Origin: Anthoceros angustus
Taxonomy: Eukaryota > Plantae > Anthocerotophyta
Direction: 5' to 3'
Assembly: GCA_010909165.1 (NCBI GenBank)
Contig: MU008166.1
Location: 744,001 to 808,000, forward strand
Length of the DNA: 64,000 bases
Position numbers and translations under genes: made by a program. The notes beneath the pieces were generated by a model that was given only the letters and a program-made list of their open reading frames with translations, did not search any database and had not been told where the DNA came from. The stretch's first letter is position 1. Every line of letters begins with the position of its first letter. Of this stretch, positions 24,918 through 34,199 are shown piece after piece.

Positions 24918-25077
24918 TATTGGAATGTGAGCAAAAGATGTGATCAAGAGAGAGGGAACTGATGTAAAAGGAAAGATAAAGATATCTGAGGTACATAGTC
25001 ACTTATATAGTTTCCCACCAAGCGGTGTGACTTTTCATTAGGGGCTTTCCCCACATATTAGGATGTATATTCTAATA
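24918..25077 (-). repeat. Copia 5' LTR (160 bp)
   Basis: Direct repeat of 7972-8137, followed by the PBS on the minus strand. Confidence 0.93.
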
Positions 25078-25813
25078 CTCACGTCCTCTCGACAACTCTG
25101 TGAGGTAGTCTGGTGATGGCTGTCCTCTCGACAACTCTGTTAGGTAGTCTGGTGATGGCTGTCCTCTCGACAACTCTGTTAGGTAGTCTGGTGATGGCTG
25201 TCCATTCCTCAGCCTCAAGATCGAATCGCCTCTACAAATACTGCAGGTTACTATGCTCGAGGGATGAACATCTGCACGCTGGAAGAGGCAGTACAATGTT
25301 CCTTCACTCTGTTAGGCAGTCTGGTGATGGCTGTCCATTCCTCAGCCTCAAGATCGAATCGCCTCTACAAATACTGCAGGTTACTATGCTCGAGGGACGA
25401 ACATCTGCACGCTGGAAGAGGCAGTACAATGTTCCTTCCGCGCAAGATCTCATCACGCTCAGAATGTGTTGTAACGAGTCTGCCAGTTTAGGCCATGCAG
25501 CACACGTGATCCAGGATACCAACCTCCGACTGAAAATAGATAACTTCTCCCCCCTGGAAAAGCAAACCAAAGTACTGTATTCTTCGAGGTCTGCAGATTG
25601 AACCATCTTCACCACTATTGGCCATGAATAACCGAGAGGTAAGGCAGGAAGCTGTGTTCCTTCCCTGGACAACGGGTTGAGCACCAGAATATGAAGGTTG
25701 CCTCCTATTCTTACACCCCAATTCTACGCGTACAAGGGTGGCATTGGACAAACGAGGTAAGACATCAAAACATCCCCATTCAATTCCCTCCAGTCCGTGC
25801 TCGCCACCGCCAT
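25078..25813 (-). pseudogene. 5' part of an F-box/propeller gene (ATG at 25813), head-to-head with Uma2-ankyrin gene A
   Basis: MAVASTDWRELNGDVL / VLPRLSNATLVRVELGCKNRR (F-box-like, frameshifted), then LNPLSR...LPALP and EGTLYCL. It continues across the Copia TSD into 7971-7470. Confidence 0.65.
25083..25440. repeat. 39-bp tandem repeat (3 copies) followed by a 133-bp duplication
   Basis: GTCCTCTCGACAACTCTGT(G/T)AGGTAGTCTGGTGATGGCT at 25083, 25122 and 25161. GTCCATTCCTCAGCCTCAAG at 25200 and 25333. Confidence 0.9.
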
Positions 25814-26404
25814 CCTCCCAGCCTCTCTCCACGTCGTTGCCAAGTCAGCCAGACGAGAAAGCACAAGTGCTTCAAAAAACATCACAGCCAGACTACTTCC
25901 CACATAAGACCTTTGTAGATATGGTTTCCAGACTCTTCCCTCTCCAGTCTCCACGGGGAGATAGGGAACGAGCAGACGAAACGACAAAAACAAAAAAACC
26001 GTTCCAGCAATTGATGCTTTGGCGCTTTGCTTCTTGGTGTGGGATTCCTCATGTCATACTGGAGTCTGGAGGCAATCCGCTTGTATCTTCCACTCATCGG
26101 AGAAATATCACACAAGATATACACGCACGCCTGAGGCCACTCGACGTCTCCTGAAGCTGAAGAGCATCGGGAAAGCATTTTTAAAAAGCCTGACAGCACT
26201 CCTCACCTTCGGACAGGCTGCTTGCTTTCTACTGCCGCCACAATCTGGTTCCTAGCGGTAGGGCATAGTGCGAAGTTTACTCCTGGCTGTGTCGAGGTGC
26301 ATTCGCTTGCAACTCATTCGAGGCTCCTGAGATTGCGAGAGGTCTGTTTTAGAATTTGTACCACCGAGGCCGAGGAAATCTCGTGGCCCAAAGGGCTTGA
26401 CGCT

Positions 26405-29400
26405 ATGGGCAATGTTTGTGGCCGATGCCTTCCCTGCTGGCCATTCTTCAGGCAGGAGGCCCAGCACCAGCAGCAGCCCGTGCGGATCGAGGAACGGAGC
26501 GGCGAGGACCAGGAGCCGCGGGTGCGGATCGAGGAAGGGAGCGGCGCCGACCAGCAGCCGCGGGTTAGGATCGAGGAACCGAGCGGCGAGGACCAGCAGC
26601 CGCAGGTGCGGATCGAGGAAGGGAGCGGCGCCGACCAGCAGCCGCGGGTTCGGATCGAGGAACCGAGCGGCGAGGACCAGCAGCCGCGGGTTCGGATCGA
26701 GGAAGGGAGCGGCGCCGACCAGCAGCCGCGGGTGCGGATCGAGGAACCGATCGGCGAGGACCAGCAGCCGCGGGTTCGGATCGAGGAAGGGAGCGGCGCC
26801 AACCAGCAGCCGCGGGTGCGGATCGAGGAACCGAGCGGCGAGGTCCAGCAGCCGTGGGTTCGGATCGAGGAACCGGGCGGCGAGGACCAGCAGCCGCGGG
26901 TTCGGATCGAGGAAGGGAGCGGCGAGGACCAGCAGCCGCGGGTTCGGAACGAGGAACCGAGCGGCGAGGACCACGAGCCGCGGCTGCGGATCGAGGAAGG
27001 GATCGGCGAGGACCATCAGCCGCCGGATCTGATTGAGGAACGGAGCTTTGAGGTCCAGCAGAGGCCGCTGGTGAGCGGGGAAGGGAGCGGCAGCAGCACA
27101 GTCGGCACAGACGCTGCGCCACGCCATTTTGCTACCTCTCAGAAGCTGAGATTCAGGTTCAAGATCCGGGGAAGGGATTTCAGCTTGGAGCTGCCTGCAG
27201 AATGCACGCAGGTGGAATCCGGGGATCACAAGCTGGCCGTGTTCGAGGGCGGGGAGTTCGATCAGCAGCTGGTGGATTTGCTGCGGTTGGAGAATCCGGA
27301 ACTGTGCTTCGTGCCGATCTTGGAGAAGAGGCGGCTGGTGGTAGGAGACTGCGTCCCGGCGGAGCCCAGGCCGTACAGCGTTGCGAGCGACCTCATCCTA
27401 CAGGTGGCCAGCGGACAGGCGCGGTTCGGGCTGGAGCAGAGATGGATGTTGCACATCCCAGGGATGCTGTACGTGTACCGGGAGCGGAGGAAGCAGTTCT
27501 GCCCCGATATGGATGTCACGGATCGCGAGGCGGCTTTGGCTGCGGACAGAGAGCTGCAGGGTCCGGGGAGCGCGGCTCTGGTGTACTATGATCTACCGAT
27601 GCTGCTAGCGCTGGAGGAGATGGCGGAGTCGGATGATCCGGGAGACATCGACAGGAAGTGCCGAGAGATGGTGAAAGCCGGCGCTGCGCGCACTGTGGTC
27701 GGGCTCTTTGCGTGGGATCCTGCGAGGCCGGGGGAGTTTGACGGGACTGTGAAGGTGTATGAAAGGGATTCAGATACGAGATCGGGGTTGGGAGAGGAAG
27801 CCAGGGATCCGCATTGGGATGTTGTGGTGAAAGAGTATTATCGGCCGAGATTCTTCGAGCTGGACGGCTTGCATGCAGGCATGCGGCTATACATGCCGAA
27901 GGCAGCGGGGTACGCCTGGCCGCAGGCGACGACCGGGGTCGGCAGCTGGGACACGCCCATCGATGCTTGCTGCGACGTCCGAGATCCGGAGGGAGTGAAG
28001 GAAGCCATCAATTTCCTGGAATCGCTGGATATGATGGACAGCAACGGGCGGCTTTGCATGGTGGAGGCCGCGAAAGTGGGCGACAAGACCCTTCTTGATT
28101 ATATGCTCCGGCACGGCGCATCACTCGACGATAAAGGTAAGCACATTTGTGATGGAGTAGTTTCTTGTTCTTGGAGGTGATGGTGACAGTGCCTACTTGC
28201 TTTCGCTTTTTCACGACAGTGGCTACTTGCTTTTTTCTGACCCGATGGTGACATTAGAAGAAGAAGACGGAGAATATATTTTAGTCTTGTCATGGGACTA
28301 GATACTTAACAACTTGTACAATGGTGTGCCCAACTTACTTCCATCAAGGCTATCCACTCCCTTTAGGCACCCCATCTAAGTACCACTCGAAATGCAGGAT
28401 GCTTAATAACGACATTCTTATAATTTGGAAAAACCTGGATACGTGATACCTGCATGTAACATTTTCTTGTCATATGACTTGGTACCTCACAACTTACACC
28501 ATGGTGTGCCTAAGCTACTTCCACCAAGGCCATCCACTCCCTTTAGGCACCCCATGTAGGTACCGATAGAAGTGCAGGATGCTTATAAACAAGGCGTTCT
28601 TAAAATCATCTAACATTTTCACGACCCCAGAGGGTGACACTGGAGGGTGATGGAGTGTTGTTGGAATGATGACAGACGGAAAGGGTGTATCTCCTTACCT
28701 GGCAGCCAGGGCGCACCAGCGTGCGGAGGCGTGTGAATGGCTGGAAGAGCGTGGGTGTGTGCTGAGCAATCCGCAGACGGAGTTGGATGAGGCGATACGA
28801 AGTCGAAAAACAAGAGTAGTGGAGTACCTTCTGCTGGCAGGGGAATCGGAGAAGTTCGCTGTGAGTAAAATCTTTCTTTCTTCCCGTGCAAAAATTTGCT
28901 CTGCAGTCCCGCTTGTGGTTGCAAGGGCATTTCGATGAATTTATTCGTGCTCAGAACATGCCTCGAATGTTTCGATAGGCGGGAGAGCAAGGTAGCTGGA
29001 GTACAGCGTCTCTCTCTCTATCTTTGCGGACTGCACAGAGAGTGAGGAATGAGGACGCAGTGAAAATGCTGGAGGACAAGTGTTGCAATCCAGCGAACAT
29101 CAGGCGGTTGTTAAACAAAGCGAAGGCTGAAGAGACAAGGCAGACTGCAGTGAGCTGGAGGCCGCAATCGCTGCCACTGTGCCTGTCTATGGCCATCAAG
29201 GTGGCCAACGTGAAGCTTGTCAAATCTCTACTGGCCCAAGGCTGCATGCCCACGGTACAGGATTACTACCAAGCCGTGGCCTCCGACCTTTCCGGATCCA
29301 TTCTCCAACTCCTTCGGTGTACTCAGTCACTGACCGACGACGAAGAGCTGGCTCTCAGGGAGCACGTGGCCCAGGGGAAAAGCTCTCCCGTTGCTGGAGC

Positions 29401-29416
29401 CTCCCCTGCTGTGTGA
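26405..29416 (+). CDS. Gene A, 764 aa: MGNVCGRC N-terminus, about 14 x 14-aa repeat, Uma2-like PD-(D/E)XK domain, ankyrin repeats. Exons 26405-28136, 28676-28860, 29039-29416.
   Basis: GT-AG introns join the three exons in frame, and splicing creates the ankyrin junction SLDDKDGKGVSPYLAA. Ankyrin-like EAAKVGDKTLLDYMLRHGA and MAIKVANVKLVKSLLAQG. The same exon structure is found in gene B. The Uma2 call is from motif spacing. Confidence 0.85.
26480..27066 (+). repeat. Coding 42-bp minisatellite, about 14 units (RVRIEE[P/G]SG[E/A]DQQP)
   Basis: Directly visible in both DNA and protein. Confidence 0.95.
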
Positions 29417-29699
29417 ATGCCTATTGAGACGAGATATCTCATCTCCATCAGACAGAGAGGACTGTGTAGATTGTGGAGAGGATTTCCCAGGCACATACAT
29501 TCATTGATGGAAGCTCGTCTTTCAAACGTGGTACATTTTTATCTTTATCGATGTCCTAAAGCGTCGTGCAATTGATTCAACGCCACCATTTCGGAATCTG
29601 GGTCTGCCTGCAACCAACAGCTTAGATTAGTGGACAACTCAGCCGTCTCTCCAAGGTTCGGTAGCTGCATCCAACTAGGTTGTATCCTTTCTGTCCATG

Positions 29700-30030
29700 G
29701 TTAGCTGCCTCTGTAAGAAGTAATACGGATCTAGATACCTCTTGCAGCGGCCAAAGACTGTGTGCCTCAAGTAGTAGGTGTTTGCGGACCAGATTAGGGA
29801 AGGGCTGTGCTGCTTAGCCGGCCGTACCAGCTGGCCTGGTGGAGATGTAAGTGTCGATCTCTTTATTCACTCTTGAGATTCCAAAATCAAAGATAGCTTT
29901 GCGCTGAAATTGTCATCGAGTAAGATGTTGCTGGGTTTGACGTAATCTGGGTAATCTTACCAAAGAGAGAGAGATCAGGTTTCATTCTTCACGTACTCGA
30001 ACACAAGGATCTGAAGTAAATTGTGGCTGC
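29700..30030 (-). pseudogene. Receptor-like kinase (RLK/Pelle) kinase-domain relic
   Basis: QILVFEYV; VKPSNILLDDNFSAKL/DFGISRV...ISTRPAGTAG; YLDPYYFLQRQLT. Deletions and frameshifts are present. Confidence 0.8.
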
Positions 30031-30969
30031 CACGTTTTAGGAAGATGTGCAAATTGGAGCAATAAACAAGTCCCCAGGTTTGCAGGTAGCGATGAATCGA
30101 ATGGGATAAATGCGAAACTCCTGCAGCAACAAGTATTTGGCGGATCAGTACAGGGTTGCCTCTATTGCAAGCTAGCTGCTTACATGTTGAGTTTGAAAGT
30201 ACAGAAGCATGGCGAGAGCTACTGGTCGTTCAAAGGAGCACCTGAATTCTGTATGCAGTCGATTGATTTCTTGGCATGTTCCTAACACTGCGTCACAATT
30301 CGGAATTGTTGTTGCTGTTGCTGAGGTTGTTGTTCTTGTCGTCGTTGCAGATGGTAAGGATCCCCGCCTGTGAGCCCGGTAACCAGGGCTCGATCCCGGC
30401 TACGGCAGTGATACGATGGAAGCACTGAAGAACAATAGCGTATAGGCAGCTTTTTCCACCCGATGCAGCATGTTTGTAGCATGCTCAGATTAACATATCG
30501 TGGTGAGGTTTAAGAGCTGCTGTGTGTACAGGCTTCAGAAAGCGTCTTGGCTCGTACCTGTGGCTGTGCTCCCAGTTCTTGGGCCCGCTTCCCATTTACT
30601 GTTATGGCCGTCTTCCACTCATCTGACAAATATCACACAAGACATATACGCACGCCTTAGGCGACTCGACTTCTCCTGAAGCTGAAGAGGCATCGGGAAA
30701 GCATTTCTGAGAAGCCTGAGGGTATGCAACGGGATACAGTGCTATGCCTAGGAAAGGCTACTTGTTCTCTACTGCGACCATAATGTCGTTCCCCTAGCGG
30801 TAAGGCATAGGTTTCCAAAGGACACGTGCAAAGTTTACTCCCGGCTGTGTCGAGCTGCATTCGCTTGAACCTCTTTCGAGGGTCCTCCAATTGCCAGAAG
30901 CCTGTCTTTCTGCCGAGCATTTGTACCATCAAGGCCAAGGAAAGTTCGTGTCCCAAAGGGCTTGACGCC

Positions 30970-33013
30970 ATGGGCATTGTTTGCGGCCGATGCCTTCCCT
31001 TCTTGCCATTCTTCAGACAAGAGGCCGAGGGCCAGCAGCGGCCCGTGCTCATCGATGAACGGAGCGGCGAGGACCAGCAGCGGCCGCTGGTGTTTTGGGA
31101 AGGGGGTGGAAGGAAGCTGAGATTCGAGTTCAAGATCCGGGGAACGGATTTCGGCTTGGAGCTGCCTGCAGAATGTACGCAGGTGGAATCTGGGGATCAC
31201 AACCTGGCTGTGTTTGAGGGCGGGGATTTCGATCGGCGGCTGGTGGATTTGCTGCGGTTGGAGAATCCGGAGCTGTGCTTCGTGCCGATCTTGGAGAACA
31301 GGCGGCTGGTGGTAGGGGGCCGCATCCCGGAGGAGCCCATGCCGTACAGCGTTGCGACCTTCCTCATCCCGCAGCTGGCCACCGCGCAGGCACAGTTCGG
31401 GCTGGGGCAGAGATGGATGTGGCCCAGCCGGCGGACGCTGTACGTGTTCCGGGAGCGGAAGAAGCAGTTCTGCCCGGATATTGTTGTCACGCATGGCGAC
31501 GCGGTTTTGGCTGCAGACAGGGAGCTGCAGGGTCCGGGGAGCGAGGCTCTGGTGTACTATGATCTGCCGATGCTGCTAGCGCTGGAGGAGATGGCGGAGT
31601 CGGATGATCCGGGAGACATCGACAGGAAGTGCCGAGAGATGGTGAAAGCCGGCGCTGCGCGCACTGTGGTCGGGCTCTTTGCGTGGGATCCTGCGAGGCC
31701 GGGGGAGTTTGACGGGACTGTGAAGGTGTATGAAAGGGATTCAGATACGAGATCGGGGTTAAGAGCGGAGGCCAGGGATCCGAATTGGGATGTCGTGGTG
31801 AAAGGGTATCATCGGCCGAGATTCTTCGAGCTGGACGGCTTACATGTAGGCATACGGCTGTACATGCCGAAGGTGGCGGAGTACGCCTGGCCGCAGGCGA
31901 CGACCGGGGTCGGGAGCTGGGACACGCCCATCGATGGTTGCTGCGACGTCCGAGATCCGGAGGGAGTGAAGGAAGCCATCAACTTCGTGGAGTCGCTGAA
32001 TATGAAGGACAGCAACGGGAGGCTTTGCATGGTGGAGGCCGCAAAAGCGGGCGACAAGACCCTTCTTGATTACATGCACCGCCACGGCGCATCACTGGGC
32101 GGGGAAGGTGAGCACATTTGTGATGGAGTAGTTTCTTGTTCTTGGAGGTGATGGTGACAGTGCCTACTTGCTTTTTACGATCCGATGGTGACATTACCAG
32201 CATGTCACATTTTCACGACCCGAGAGGGTGACAGGAGGGTGATGGAATGTTGTTGGAATGATGACAGACGTGGAGGGTGTTTCTCCTTACCTGGCAGCCA
32301 GGGCGCACCAGCGTGCGGAGGCGTGTGAATGGCTGGAAGAGCGTGGGTGTGTGTTGCGCAATCTGCAGAAAGCGTTGGATCAGGCGATACGAAGTGGGAA
32401 AACAAGAGTTCTGGAGTACCTTCTGCTGGCAGGGGAATCAGAGAAGTTTGATGTGAGTATAAAACCTCTCTTTCTACCCGTGCTCGAATTTGCTGTGCTG
32501 TCCCGCTTATGGTTGCAAGGGCAGTTCGACGTATGTATTCGTGCTCAGAACATGGCTCGAATGTTTTGATAGGCAGGAGAGCAAGGTTGCTGGAGTACAC
32601 AGTCTCTCTCTCTCTCTTTGTGGACTGCAAAGAGAGTGAGGAATGAGAGCGCATTGAAAATGCTGGAGGACAAGTGTTGCGATCCAGCGAACATCCGTCT
32701 GTTATTAAACAAAGCGAAGGCTGATGAGGCAAGGCAGACTGTGAGCTGGAGGCCGCAATCGCTGCCGTTGTGGCTGTCCATCGCCATCAAGGTGTCTAAT
32801 GTGGAGCGTGTCAAATTTCTACTGGACCGAGGAGGCAAGCCCACGCTGCTGGATCACTACCATGCGGCCTTGCGCTCCGACCCCTCCATTCTCCAACACC
32901 TTCTGGATACTAACTCACTGTGCGAGAACGAACGGGACGAACTGTCAACATTCAGGAAGGACCTGGCCCAGGAGAGCCCCTCTCTCGTTGCCGGGGCCTT
33001 CCCTGCTGTGTGA
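30970..33013 (+). CDS. Gene B, 567-aa paralogue of gene A with a single repeat unit. Exons 30970-32107, 32268-32452, 32633-33013.
   Basis: Colinear with gene A, same intron positions and phases, open frame, MGIVCGRC start. Confidence 0.85.
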
Positions 33014-33493
33014 AGGCCTGATAGACGAGATATCTCCGGCAGACAAAGGATGGTGTTGATTGTGTAGAGGATTTCCCAGGCACAGCCCTTCATTGATGGG
33101 CGCTCATCTTTCAAACCAGGTACATTTGATGGGGATATCAGCCATAGCGACTAAAGTGTCGTGCTTGAACTCAGTGAAGGCAGGATCTACAATCGATTCA
33201 ACGCCACCATCTGGGTCGTGCCTTCAACCAACGGAAGAAGAAGAGGAATATTATTTAAGTCCACTAAGGACGGATTTCCGTCATGGGACTGAAATATGAT
33301 AACTACATAGATTGTGGTAAAATAGTCTGGACTAATGTAAAGATAAAATTTAAATAAGATAAATAATCTTCAATCAATTAACAGTGTCAATGAAATTGCG
33401 TGAATAAATGCCAAACACTACCAATTCATCTCCACGAATCCTAGGAAAGAAATCACTTGACCTACAGCGCATAAGCTGCTTTGAAAGCGGGTA

Positions 33494-33726
33494 ACTTCTC
33501 CTTCTTAGTCTTCCATTGCAATGGTATAAGATCCTCATTGATATATAACTGACTTCTCCTTCTTAGTCTTCCATTGCAATGGTATAAGATCCTCATTGAT
33601 ATATAACTGACTTCTCCTTCTTAGTCTTCCATTGCCATGGTATAAGATCCTCATTGATATATAACTGACTTCTCCTTCTTAGTCTTCCATTGCAATGGTA
33701 TAAGATCCTCATTGATATATAACTGA
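33494..33726. repeat. 58-bp tandem repeat, 4 copies
   Basis: ACTTCTCCTTCTTAGTCTTCCATTGCAATGGTATAAGATCCTCATTGATATATAACTG at 33494, 33552, 33610 and 33668. Confidence 0.95.
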
Positions 33727-34199
33727 GTTGTCCGTAACATAGACCTAGCCTTCATAACTGGAGGCGATCATCCATAGAGTGAAAAGTCATAATCAACATG
33801 TGCTCTCTACCAGAATCCTTTCCAAGCCAGATGGCTGGAGGAAACGACCACATCGACCTCTAGGCAACAGCTTAGATTAGTGGACAACTCATCCATCTTT
33901 CCAAGGTCGGAAGTTGGATACAGGGTTCAAATACATTTAACAAACATATTCTCCGAGTTTATCTCGTGGCTTTTAAGAAGTTTGAGTTGTAGAGATACTT
34001 ATATTTTAGAGATCTTTGTTTTTGGGATTGACGAAGAAGAGAAGAAATCTATTACAGTCCACTTGGATGGAATTTTTTCCTATACCAGTTTTGAGATATG
34101 TCTAACAAGCATATTTCATAAAAGTTTCTTTTCATAAATTCTTAAAGTTTTTTTTAGGTGTTTGTGGAACACTAGTTTTAAGAGTTTTTTTCAGGTTAT

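Larger units (their letters stand above)
7972..25077 (-). mobile_element. Ty1/Copia LTR retrotransposon, internally deleted and carrying nested insertions
   Basis: Similar LTRs at 7972-8137 and 24918-25077. 5-bp TSD CTCAC at 7967-7971 and 25078-25082. PBS TGGTATCAAAGC, PPT GAGGGGGAA, and Copia RT/RNase H motifs are all present. Confidence 0.95.

Noticed and set aside
26222-26404. N-terminal extension of the 652-aa ORF (and 30826-30969 for gene B)
   Set aside because: The starts are non-ATG and the extension is not conserved in frame between paralogues. The ATG at MGxVC is the shared start.
28305-28600. Duplicated 180-bp sequence in gene A intron 1 with GVPKGS on the minus strand as a possible RT motif
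   Set aside because: Too short and degenerate to assign. Noted only as an intronic insertion absent from gene B.
33494-33726. Possible CRISPR array (also considered for 25083-25200 and 26480-27066)
   Set aside because: The units are contiguous with no unique spacers, there are no cas genes, and the context is eukaryotic. These are plain minisatellites.
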